Below, in pieces: positions 38,336-49,845 of a DNA stretch of 55,517 nucleotides. Location of the stretch: the NCBI GenBank assembly GCA_002269645.1, contig NIVC01000335.1:1-55517 (forward strand), read 5' to 3'. Under the pieces are notes generated by a model, which was not told where the DNA came from, searched no databases, and saw only the letters and a program-made list of their open reading frames with translations. How positions within the stretch are numbered: position 1 is the stretch's first letter; every line of letters begins with the position of its first letter. Origin of the DNA: Macrostomum lignano. Taxonomy: Eukaryota. The position numbers and the translations under genes were made by a program.

Positions 38336-38876
38336 TCCGGACGATTGTTTTGTCTGGTAGATTTTTTTCTTTTTTTAAATAGGTCAATGATTAAAAATGC
38401 CCAAGGACATTTCGAATTTTCAACAAACCCTCTACTACCAATAGTGTATTCAGTAAAAGCGCAGTAATTTTTTAATTTTCTGAGCTTAAATAAGCAGCAA
38501 TAAAACATTTTCAATTGCCTAGAAATTTTCAAAGCAGCGGGCAACCCAAGTTCAGTGATCAAATAAATCGATGAAATTCGAATAATGACTTGGTTGACCA
38601 GGGAATAGGATAATGAAATCCTATTTGTGTATGAAATTTTCAGAGGATTGACCAGCTTCCATCAGCTGGGAACCCGCTGACTGATTGCCAGCTTCTGATT
38701 ATCAATAATCAGGTTGCGACCCGAGCCGGGTCAGGAAAATCAGCAGAGAATCAGATATCATTGTTGAATAATGAGAGACAAGTCCTCATGATGCGGCAGT
38801 AAGATGAGTCTGAGTCAAAGCCTGCAGGCAGACATCACAGACTCGAAAGAACTGTGACAGAGAATTGGTTTGTGAA

Positions 38877-39295
38877 AGAATCGCCCGAGCCCTGAAATCG
38901 CTTCAGCCAAGTAATCGCCCTAAGGAATCGCCCCAGCCTAAGAATCGCCCCAGCCTAAGAATCGCCCCAGCCTAAGAATCACCCCAGCCTAAGAATCGCC
39001 CCAGCCTAAGAATCACCCCAGCCTAAGAATCGCCCCAGCCTAAGAATCACCCCAGCCTAAGAATCACCCCAGCCTAAGAATCACCCCAGCCTAAGAATCA
39101 CCCCAGCCTAAGAATCGCCCCAGCCTAAGAATCACCCCAGCCTAAGAATCACCCCAGCCTAAGAATCGCCCCAGCCTAAGAATCGCCCCAGCCTAAGAAT
39201 CGCCCCAGCCTAAGAATCACCCCAGCCTAAGAATCGCCCCAGCCTAAGAATCGCCCCAGCCAAAGAATCACCCCACCAAATAATCGCCCCAGCTG
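38877..39295 (+). repeat. 17-bp minisatellite (AAGAATCGCCCCAGCCT), right arm of the second inverted pair
   Basis: Direct reading. Confidence 0.94.
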
Positions 39296-40242
39296 AAGAA
39301 CCGCTCTTAGCCAAAGAAAGCAGCTACTCCGTCACTTAGACAAATTGTTTCATAATATTTATCTTTAATCTCTCTAATCTCGGTGCATGGTCAGCACTTG
39401 CTTTGAGCTTCAGCTCACTTTGACTCTCCACTGCTCAGAGAATGCGCTGTTTGTGGTGAAGTGACCGGCCCTGATTGACTAATCTGTCAGGTCCGAACGG
39501 CGGCATTTTCGAGAGATTAGCGAGATTAGCGAGCGGCTTGCCAGACGCAAAACAAGATGAAGGAAAGAGCCGGAAAAAATCGATGAAGTCTGCTGCTGCT
39601 GCTGCTACAACCGCTAAAGATGAAATTTCCAGAAGAGCAAAATCCAGAAGACAGAAGTTTCCTTGTCGGGCTGAGGTCAGAGCCGCTATCAGCCCTTCCC
39701 AATAGGGGGCTAATTAACATCTGCGTGGAACGGCGACCTCCCATGGGGCTGAGCTGCTGCCTCTGCTGCACATCCATACGCATGCCATACTTGAACAATA
39801 ACCCCGGCTATTGATGCGCTGCCTCCTGCCTCAACTGGCCACTGCACCCTGCATTATTCAGATTGCGTGAGTGAAAGCGTCGAAAATCTATTGCAAGCGG
39901 CAGGGTTAAAGAAAATCTCGGAGTGAGAGGGGGCGTGGGTTGAAGGGCGAGGCCTGCGATCGATTCAAGCCCCGAAGCTCCTCGAAACGGTCTGGCAACT
40001 TGCAGCTTGAAATTTTATCAATACAGTTCTGATTTCCACCCTGCGCCAGTGTCTGTAGCTGGGCTAAGCGTCAATGTTCAAAGGTGGATAGAAAGGATTT
40101 TAAATTGCTTGTCGAATGGTCCTTCGATGTCCACCCCACACTCGTGTCAACCCTGAATCCTACAGCTCGAGTTTTGAACTATAAATCTGATGATGCACTA
40201 TAATATATTGCTCATTTTGCGAGAATCTAGCGGCGTCGTATC

Positions 40243-40865
40243 ATGTCTTATCGTGTCTTATCGTATCGTGTCGTATCATGTCGTACCGTTTCGTATCGTG
40301 TCGTATCGTTTCGTATCGTGTCGCATCGTGTCGTATCGTGTCTTATCGTATCGTGTCGTATCGTGTCGTATCGTGTCGTATCGTGTCGTATCGTGTCGTA
40401 TCGTGTCGTATCGTGTCGTATCGTGTCGTATCGTGTCGTATCGTGTCGTATCGTGTCGTATCGTGTCGCATCGTGTCGTATCGTGTCTTATCGTATCGTG
40501 TCGTATTGTGTCGTATTGTGTCGTATCGTATCGTGTCTTATCGTGTCTTATCGTGCCTAGCTTATCGTGTCGTATCGTGTCGTATCGAGTCGCATCGTGT
40601 CGTATCGTGTATTATCGTATCGTGTCGTATCGTGTCGTATCGTGTCGTATCGTGTCTTATCGAGTCTTATCGTGTCGTGTCGTATCGTGTCGTATTGTGT
40701 CGTATCGTATCGTGTCTTATCGTGTCTTATCGTGCCTTATCGTGTCTTATCGTGTCATATCGTGTCTTATCGTGTCGTATCGTGTCTTATCGTATCGTAT
40801 CGTGTCGTATCGTGTCGTATCGTATCGTGTCTTATCGCATCATATCGTGTCGTTTCGTGTAGTTT
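40243..40865. repeat. CpG-rich 5/10-bp repeat (ATCGTGTCGT)n
   Basis: Direct reading. Confidence 0.96.
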
Positions 40866-41943
40866 TGCGTTGTATCGTTTATGATGATAAAATGATGATC
40901 ATTCATGATAGGAAGAAACTTGTGGTGTATTTTATAGACGAGAAATATAACAAGGCAATAAAAGTTTAATCGATATTCGATCTATAAACGTTTATCAATA
41001 CATTTGCGTAATTCTTTAATTCTCTTTAAAAATTTCTAGTATCAAGTTCCCAAATCCCGAATCCCCCAGCCCCATCTCTGCGGCACAGATTCCCTCCCCC
41101 TCCCGTACTTCACCGCAGTATTGACTGATTTCAGAGCCCGCCCCGAAGGCTTCATCAACAACCCCCCCCCCAGTTCTGAGTCCATCAACCCTTCGTCCCA
41201 GTTGTCCCAAATCTGCAGCCCCGCAGCGGTCGGCCAATCGGTTCAGGGAAAAAAGGGGAGCGGAAGGCGGGAACTGGGGGCCGAACTAAGCGAGGCTGCC
41301 GCGAAGGAAAAGGAAGAGAAAAAGTGCCGCAACTTTGGCCGAAAAGAGCCCCGCCTCCCAAGACGGCCGGCCCTGCTCTGCAGCCTCCCTCTCTCTCTCC
41401 ATCACTCTCTCTCTTTCTCTTTTCTCCCTCCCTCCCTCTCTATCTTGCTTCAGCTGCGACTGGCCCTTAGGCAACGGCTTGACACACCACACTCGCACAC
41501 ACTTGACACACACACACACACAGCTCCGATCTAACTAACCAGAGTTCGAACAGCGGCTGCGAGAAATTCTCCCCCCCCCCCTGCCTCCTCCCACTCTCCC
41601 CTCCCCCCTCATCGACTAGTTGGGGAGAGAGACGGGATCCATCGGTGAGGAAGGAGTGGGCTTGGGAGGGTCACTGATGGGGAGAAAGGGGGCTTCGGGA
41701 AGAATCCGGGATGTGAGGGGGAGAGTGGGAAAGAATATGAAGGCTTCCGTGCCGGAGAATTGAGGGAGAAAATCTGTTTGGCGAAAGTCCAGCAGCGTCG
41801 ACGCGGCGGCGACTGACTACCGATTCTTCAGCGTCTTCGGCTTCGTCTCGGGCGTCTTGAGCAGTGCTTAGTGAAACACTGTCGGAGACGGATTGATATT
41901 GAGCGGGGGCGTCAGCCGCCACAGAGGCTGATCAGCAGCAGGG

Positions 41944-42004
41944 ATGCTGCGGACGCTGCTGCTGCTGCTTCTCATGTCTGCCTCAAATTTCGGCACCGCA
42001 GCCG
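41944..42004 (+). CDS. nAChR non-alpha subunit B (tandem paralogue), exon 1, signal peptide; spliced protein 521 aa
   Basis: MLRTLLLLLLMSASNFGTAA G|GTGAGT, phase 1. Confidence 0.85.
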
Positions 42005-42159
42005 GTGAGTAATTGAATGAAATCTTTCTTATCTTTGCTTCAAATACCGCTTAGCCAGTTTCTAATTTAATCAGTATTACAGAGTAAAGACTGTGAGACG
42101 CTCATGTAATCAAAGGATTTACCTACTTTATTATTTTTTACGTCTAGATGAGTTATTAA

Positions 42160-42690
42160 TCAAAACTCTGTTTACCGATGCACATCTAGATGAGTCATCC
42201 AACCCTCTGTCTTTTTTAGTCCAAAGTACACCCAGATCACTGAGCCAACCCTTTTAACTCCAATGTACATCTAGACCAGTCAGCCAACCCTTTTAACTCC
42301 AATTAAACTGATCTAGACCAGTCAGCCAACCCTTTTAACTCCAATGTACATCTAGACCAGTCAGCCAATCCTTTTAACGCCAATGTACATCCAGACCAGT
42401 CAGTCAACCCTCCCCTAATATTCAGCTCCAATGTACATCCAGACCAGTCAGTCAACCCTCCCCTAATATTAAGCTTCAATGTACATCCAGACCAGTCAGT
42501 CAACCCTCCCCTAATATTAAGCTCCAATGTACATCCAGACCAGTCAGTCAACCCTCCCCTAATATTCAGCTCCAATGTACATCCAGACCAGTCAGTCAAC
42601 CCTCCCCTAATATTCAGCTCCTATTTAGCTCGTACATTCCCATATCAGCCAGCCAACGTACCGTCTATTTAGCTCCAATGTCAGTCAATC
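42160..42690. repeat. 39/48-bp minisatellite (CTCCAATGTACATCCAGACCAGTCAGTCAACCC...)
   Basis: Direct reading. Confidence 0.88.
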
Positions 42691-42733
42691 AGCTATCAAT
42701 CCACAAGGCTTCCCCCGAATCTCGATTTCGCAG

Positions 42734-42876
42734 CCGCCACAACCGATGAGGAAGTGCGCCTGGCTCACCTGCTCTTCCAGCACAAGGGCTACAATAGGCT
42801 AATACGGCCAGTAACCAGTTTAAATGCCACGGTGAAAGTTGAATTCACTCTGTCAATCATACAGATCATCAATGTG
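42734..42876 (+). CDS. nAChR subunit B, exon 2
   Basis: tcgcAG|...HKGYNRLIRPV...QIINV|GTACGT, 143 nt as in subunit A. Confidence 0.95.
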
Positions 42877-42963
42877 GTACGTGCTGCATATACTACTACC
42901 ATATATAGCATGAATAAACTTCACTTCAAGCAGTCGTGAAGCTCTAACTGAAACAATTTTCAG

Positions 42964-43008
42964 GAAGAGAAGGCTCAGATCATGAAGAGCAACGTTTGGT
43001 TGAAGCTG
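42964..43008 (+). CDS. nAChR subunit B, exon 3
   Basis: tttcAG|EEKAQIMKSNVWLKL|GTGAGA. Confidence 0.95.
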
Positions 43009-43304
43009 GTGAGAGATGGGTTTGAATTTGTGCTTCAAGACCCAAATAGGCGCACTTTTCGTAGGGTTCGCCCTCTGTTAACCCGACAGCTGGTCAAGCG
43101 GGATGTTTTATCCTTATTTTTACATTCTTCCAGTACCCCTGTTTTTCACTCTCCAAGCGAACAACTGTTTACAGTTCGTCAACTTTGTAAGGAGCTAAAA
43201 AAGGAAACTTGGTAGATATTTATTTTGAAATTGATTTTAGGTCTTTCAGTCAAGAGACACTCGGTAGATCAGATCTACACCTTTAATAATTCTCTATTAA
43301 ACAG

Positions 43305-43414
43305 AGCTGGTACGACTATCAGCTCAGATGGGATCCGAAGGACTTTGGCGGCGTTTCAATTATTCGAGTTCACCCCGACCGGGCATGGAATCCGGACATT
43401 GTCCTGTTTAACAA
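43305..43414 (+). CDS. nAChR subunit B, exon 4
   Basis: aacAG|[11 protein letters not shown]...AWNPDIVLFN(N)|GTGAGT. Confidence 0.95.
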
Positions 43415-43431
43415 GTGAGTGACGCGTAGGG

Positions 43432-43797
43432 ACAGTTGGGGTGGGGCAGATCATTGAAGCTTGGGGTGGGGCAGATCACTACTGAAGCTTGGGGTGGGGC
43501 AGATCACTGAAGCTTGGGGTGGGGCAGATCACTACTGAAGCTTGGGGTGGGGCAGATCACTGAAGCTTGGGTGGGGCAGATCACTACTGAAGCTTGGGGT
43601 GGGGCAGATCACTGAAGCTTGGGGTGGGGCAGATCACTGAAGCTTGGGGTGGGGCAGATCACTGAAGCTTGGGGTCGGGCAGATCACTGAAGCTTGTGGT
43701 GGGGCAGTTCACTACTGAAGCTTGTAGTGGGGGCAGTTCACTACTGAAGCTTGTGGTGGGGCAGATCACTACTGAAGCTTGTGGTGGGGCAGATCAT
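43432..43797. repeat. 25/28-bp G-rich minisatellite (GAAGCTTGGGGTGGGGCAGATCACT)
   Basis: Direct reading. Confidence 0.94.
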
Positions 43798-43866
43798 TAG
43801 AGTAGATTTGAGTCCCTTCAGTGACCGTTTTACCTAGAAATCGAAAATTCATTTGAAACTTTGCAG

Positions 43867-44047
43867 TGCCGACGGCAAGTATGAAACGTCATGGCTGCCC
43901 AACATTTTGATCTACAGCAGCGGTTACATTATGTGGATGCCGCCTGCAATTTACCAGAGTACCTGTACAATTCACGTCAGATACTTCCCGTTTGATCAGC
44001 AGGAGTGCGAAATGAAGTTCGGCAGTTGGACGTTTGATGCTACTCAA
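43867..44047 (+). CDS. nAChR subunit B, exon 5 (Cys-loop)
   Basis: ttgcAG|...CTIHVRYFPFDQQECEMKFGSWTFDATQ|GTGAGG. Confidence 0.96.
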
Positions 44048-44615
44048 GTGAGGCACTATAAGAAAAACGATTTGTGTAAAAAAGAAGGGAGAGAACAAAG
44101 AATGGAGTGGGGTGGTAGCTATACGCTCAGCGAATGTACATACATGGAGAAATAGAGACGGAGATAGGGTGGTGGACTGGAATGAGGAGGGAAGTCGCAT
44201 TCAGTGAATGTACATACTATCGTACAGTCTTGGAGTGAAAGTATCGGAATGAAGTGGTTTGGGGTGGGAGCCGCACTAAGCGAATGTACACTTTATTCTA
44301 TTGGACAGGCTTGGCGGGGATAGGAATCGGGACGAAGTGAAAGTCTCGGAATGGAGTTGGGTGGAAGCCGCACTCAGTTAATGTACACACTATCAGAACA
44401 GGCTTGGCGGGAACGGTAGAAATGGAGACGAAAGGAATGGTCGCGGAGGGTGGGGTGAAATGTACATCCTGTCAGACAGAATGGTCAATATAGTCAGTCC
44501 ATGTCGTACGAGTAGTCATTCTTTGCCGCAGTGCCTTCAAGTCCAAGGTCTGGCTAGAAATCTCTCACTTTTTAAAATCATTTATGTATCATTTTTGTGT
44601 TTATCAAAAACGCAG

Positions 44616-45455
44616 GTGATGCTTGACGGTCCGGGAGTGGCCGACATGAATTCGTATTGGAAATCTGGCTCCTGGGACATTATCGACTGTCCGGGAAATG
44701 TAACAAAAATTGAGAAGGTCGGTCAGGCGCCCCAGACTATGATGATCTACACCATCACCATCAGGCGGAAGACCCTGTTCTACACTGTCAACCTGATCAT
44801 TCCCTGTGTTCTCATCTCCCTGCTCAGCGTGTGCGTTTTCTATCTGCCAGCGGATGCTGGAGAAAAGATGACGCTCTGCATCTCGATTCTGCTGGCTCTG
44901 GTTGTGTTCCTCCTGCTAGTCAGCAAGATTCTGCCGCCGACTTCAATCTCAATACCGCTGATCTCAAAGTTCTTGCTGTTTACATTCATCATGAATACTA
45001 TCACTATTGTGTTCACCGTGATCATCATCAACTGGAACTTCCGGACGCCGAGGACGCACAAGATGCCGAACTGGGTCCGCCTGGTGTTCCTCAAATACCT
45101 GCCCCAGGTTTTGCTTATGAAACGACCGGAGCACATCGACCAGGAGGAGGCGGACAAGTGGCGAATGGACCGCATGACCGATGCCGACAAGTGCAATGGC
45201 GGCGGCGGCGACACCGCCGACCTTGGAGCTGATCGGCAGCGACAGGCTCAGCACATCGGCGCCGTGCCTTCGTCGTCTTTCGACGCTGGATTCGATAGTT
45301 CTGGCGGCCTCTACGATCAGCAGCAGCCCCAGCAGCAACCTGAGCAGTCGCCTCGAGGCCTCCGAGGATTGCGGGTCACACCGGAGCTGCAAAAGTCGGT
45401 GGCCGCCATTAACCTCATAGCGACGCATCTGCGTATTGAGGACGAGTACATGCGG
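44616..45455 (+). CDS. nAChR subunit B, exon 6 (loop C, M1-M3, cytoplasmic loop)
   Basis: cgcAG|GTG...CGG|GTAAGA, 840 nt. Confidence 0.97.
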
Positions 45456-45477
45456 GTAAGATGCGGATAAGAAAATG

Positions 45478-46728
45478 ACTCAGGTGTGCATTTTGGTGAG
45501 CCAGGTGTGTCCTCTGGGTGATTCAGGTGTGTCTGATTGGTGAGCCAGGTTCAGGTGTGTCTGATTGGTGAGCCAGGTGTGTCCTATGGGTGATTCAGGT
45601 GTGTCTGATTGGTGAGCCAGGTGTGTCCTATGGGTGATTCAGGTGTGTCTGATTGGTGAGCCAGGTGTGTCCTATGGGTGATTCAGGTGTGTCTGATTGG
45701 TGAGCCAGGTTCAGGTGTGTCTGATTGGTGATTCAGGTGTGTCTGATTGGTGAGCCAGGTGTGTCCTATGGGTGATTCAGGTGTGTCTGATTGGTGAGCC
45801 AGGTGTGTCCTATGGGTGATTCAGGTGTGTCTGATTGGTGAGCCAGGTGTGTCCTATGGGTGATTCAGGTGTGTCTGATTGGTGAGCCAGGTTCAGGTGT
45901 GTCTGATTGGTGAGCCAGGTTCAGGTGTGTCTGATTGGTGAGCCAGGTTCAGGTGTGTCTGATTGGTGATTCAGGTGTGTCTGATTAGTGAGCCAGGTGT
46001 GTCCTACGAGTGATTCAGGTGTGTCTGATTAGTGAGCCAGGTGTGTCCTACGAGTGATTCAGGTGTGTCTGATTGGTGAGCCAGGTGTGTCCTATGGGTG
46101 ATTCAGGTGTGTCTGATTGGTGAGCCAGGTGTGTCCTATGGGTGATTCAGGTGTGTCTGATTGGTGAGCCAGGTGTGTCCTATGGGTGATTCAGGTGTGT
46201 CTGATTGGTGAGCCAGGTTCAGGTGTGTCTGATTGGTGATTCAGGTGTGTCTGATTAGTGAGCCAGGTGTGTCCTACGAGTGATTCAGGTGTGTCTGATT
46301 AGTGAGCCAGGTTTTTCCTATGAGTGATTCAGGTGTGTCTGATTGGTGAGCCAGATGTGTCCTATGAGTGATTCAGGTGTGTCTGATTGGTGAGTCAGGT
46401 GTGTCCCATTGGTGTTTCAGGTGTGTCTGATTGGTGAGCCAGGTGTGTCCCATTGGTGATTCAGGTGTGTCTGATTGGTGATTCAGGTGTGTCCCATTGG
46501 TGATTCAGGTGTGTCTGATTGGTGATTCAGGTGTGTCCCATTGGTGATTCAGGTGTGTCTGGTTGGTGATTCAGGTATGTCTGATTGGTGAGCCAGATGT
46601 GTCCTATGAGTGATTCAGGTGTGTCTGATTGGTGAGCCAGATGTGTCCTATGAGTGATTCAGGTGTGTCTGATTGGTGAGCCAGATGTGTCCTATGAGTG
46701 ATTCAGGTGTGTCTGCTTGGTGAGCCAG
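45478..46728. repeat. ~44-bp composite minisatellite (TCAGGTGTGTCTGATTGGTGAGCCAGGTGTGTCCTATGGGTGAT)
   Basis: Direct reading; starts ~20 nt after the exon 6 donor. Confidence 0.95.
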
Positions 46729-47532
46729 GCGTAAAAAATCTATATCGGCTGGTGCTTACTGCCAAATTAAACGACACACTGCACCATCTGTCTGGAGTGC
46801 AGTGTGTTGGAAGCGTAAGCCTAACTCACACAAGAGACTGGGTCGCAGTCCAGTCACTAATTAGCGCTCCTTTAACAGCACTGTCGATCGTTTTGCATGA
46901 GAATTTATTTAAGGTGAGGGTGTAGTCTCTGGGTGATGCTACAGCCAAGCATTTCAAGCGAGTTCCTGCAGAAATCGATGCCACATTGACCCTCCGCCAC
47001 CCACCCGCTCCCCGCGCATGCCGGCAGATGAAAGTCCAGTCGCGAAGACCTGATTAAATATGAAAGCCGGGCTCAGTAATATATACGGCAGACTGGGCTA
47101 GCATACTCACGGAGACTGAATAGTATAGGATGGGAGGGGAGACGTCAGCTACTCTTGGTCATGTATTGATGAAGCCAGTTGGGCCCGGCTTAGGGGAGGC
47201 TGAGGCTACGCTAAAACTTCTTGTGCCACTCGATAAGCATCCATCTCGTGCTGTCTAGTGTGTCGCGAGCGTGTCTGACCCAAGGCAGAATGCAAGGAGA
47301 GAGAAAACTTGAGGGGAAACTACTAGGTGAAATTCGCAGCCCTCCTGCAATTGAAAACAGCCTACTTTGCTGCAGATGACGAGTGAAGAAGGCAAGAAAG
47401 GAGAGAGAAAAGTGGTTAACGGAGAAAGTTGACCCCTGTCTGTTTTTAGCGTGTCGATTTTCTCCCATAAGCAGCGTCCCATAAGAAATTATCTGCTTCA
47501 ACTTTTCACCTTATTCAATCTTTTCGTTTCAG

Positions 47533-47718
47533 GTTCTCCAAGACTGGAAATACGTGGCCTCGGTCATTGACAGAATTCAATTGGTCATTTTCAGCACAGT
47601 GACAGTTATAGGAACCATTGCCATTTTAATGAACGCGCCGTTCATTCTGGACTTTGTTCAACAGGAAGCTGTCGTGACGGAACTGAAAAATCGCTTCGAG
47701 AAATTTGTACCCAGCTGA
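47533..47718 (+). CDS. nAChR subunit B, exon 7 (M4, stop)
   Basis: tttcAG|VLQDWKYVASVIDR...RFEKFVPS*. Confidence 0.96.
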   Translation, partial: VLQDWKYVASVIDRIQLVIFSTVTVIGTIAILMNAPFILDFVQQEAVVTELKNRFEKFVPS

Positions 47719-47919
47719 GTTTCTATACCTGTCATTAGATTTTAACTTCAAGAGCATATTGTATTGCTATCTGTTAAGTGAGCTTAGCAAGGGCTTTTGT
47801 TGCAAAGCGAGCATTTCACTGGCAATTTATAAACTATTTTAACAGCTGGGGGTTAAAAATCGTGACATAAAAAATCTATGAACAGCCTCAGTGGCTGTGG
47901 TGGATTTGAAATAATGCGC

Positions 47920-48430
47920 AAAAGTAAGAGAGGGAGGGGGTTGAATCAAATCACGCACACAAGGGCCGGGTTCAGGGGTAGAAATTACGCACAATGGAAG
48001 AGGGGTAGGGGTTTAAAATCACGCACAAGTGAAAAGTGGTCGGGGCGAGAGTTTGAAATTGGGCACAATTAGAGAGGGGTGGGGGTTTGAAATTCAGCAC
48101 AAGGGGGAAGGGTGGGAGTTGATCTCACGCACAAGGGGTACGAGTATAGGGCTTGGGAGGTAGAAATCACGCCCAGGGGGAAGAGGGGTCGGGGCCGGGG
48201 GTAGAAATCATGCCCAAGGGGGAGAGGGGTCGGGGCCGGGGTAGAAATCATGTACAAGGGGGAAAGGGGTCGGGCCGGGGGAGGTAGAAATCACGCCCAA
48301 GGGGGAGAGGGGTCGGGGCCGGGGGTAGAAATCACGCCCAAGGGGGAGAGGGGTCGGGGCCGGGGTAGAAATCACGCCCAATGGGGAGAGTGGTCGGGGC
48401 CGGTAGAGGTAGAAATCACGCGCAAGGGGA
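47920..48430. repeat. G-rich ~40-bp degenerate repeat (GGGGAGAGGGGTCGGGGCCGGGGGTAGAAATCACGCCCAA)
   Basis: Related in direct orientation to 51390-51935. Confidence 0.85.
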
Positions 48431-49419
48431 AGGGTGGATGTTCGAAATTTACGAATTTACGCACCGAGAGAGGTGGCGGACATAAAATAGCTGTAGCCAG
48501 GGTTTGCTGGTTCAAGTCACACCAGATGATCGATAAAGGTAAGGGGTCAAGTAGGTCTGAAAGAATTCCAAGTTTATGATGATTTTGGTTGCGCTGCCAA
48601 AGGTTGTGCTTACAAATTTCAATCCGGATAGTTAAAGCATTCTATTGCTTTCATTTTGAACTGTTAGTGCATTACTTCAACCGAAAACCTCTCTGCCTGA
48701 TTGATATCAGCAATGTTTTGCTTGATTCTCTTTCGAATTTATGATAGGCCATGATTCTAGGAGCAGTGCGAATTTTATCTAAAGAGAATTGCTCACTTAT
48801 TGTCCCAGCTCCCAACACAAATCACTATGTCGTGCTTGCCTGAAAGTAATTACAAGTATTAGTTAATCCAATGTTTTCCTTCTCTCAATGTACGTCACAT
48901 TACTACTCACTGATTGGTTACCAAGTGCATGCATTGTACTACCGCTCGTTCCGTCTGCGAAGCGAAATTGTTGTTTTTTCAAATCGAGTTTTTTTAATAC
49001 GAGCTACTCCAAGCTGTAGAAATACCAAGAAATACTCTTGACAATTTCTCGTTGCCTTCAAATGGAGCACCGCAGGCGCACGAGGAATCTTACAGATAAA
49101 TATTTATTACGAAAAATGCTCTGTTGAGTGCATGTATTTTTTCAGCAGACCGATTAACCAACCAAGAACCTTCGCACAGGAACAAGTAATTCCCTTTGAG
49201 CATTGACATCTCAGCAACCCCGTTTGAGCATTGGAATCTTTGGAGACTGATATAAGTGTAGAGTAGCAAAACATGAAGCGTGGGAGGTCCGTGCCACGAT
49301 ACGATGCCACTAGGCATAGCAAATTCTCGGGCAAAAAGGATTTGATTAATCACTGCATATGCAAGCAATAGTGTGTTTGCTAAGGATCCCGCAAAGCCGG
49401 TCTGTCCAATGCGGATGTC

Positions 49420-49584
49420 TTATAGGGATATACGAGGATTAGATCCCACAGCAACCGCAGCATTCAAGTTGCTACCGGTATCAGCTGCAGTGAGGTCAGT
49501 CGAAATGAGGCGCTCCTCCGGCAGCTCGAATAGAAGGATCAGTGAGCTCGGGATTTGCTCAGCCAGCTCTCTCCGCGTCTCGGT
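49420..49584 (-). other. Possible orphan terminal exon (54 aa), perhaps an alternative 3' exon of the Cys-rich receptor gene
   Basis: taacAG|TETRRELAEQIPSSLILLFELPEERLIS...NPRISL*; frame opens exactly at the acceptor; no homology recognised. Confidence 0.25.
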
Positions 49585-49845
49585 CTGTTAAGCATTGAGT
49601 TGCCCAGCTACCATGCGAACTGGCTTCCTGCTTACTTATTTAGTCATTCAAACGGCTTTAACCGCTTCACCGGCTGCCGAGTGCAGAGTCCACAGCCAAC
49701 CCGACTGCCAATTTGACTTTTCCGATTCGCTAATTCCACTTATTGCATCATTAGTCACGCTATGATGTAATCGTATTAATACAGAGAGACCTAGGTGTAA
49801 GCGGCTGTTTAGCCCAACAGTTGGAAGCATACATTCTCTTATATC

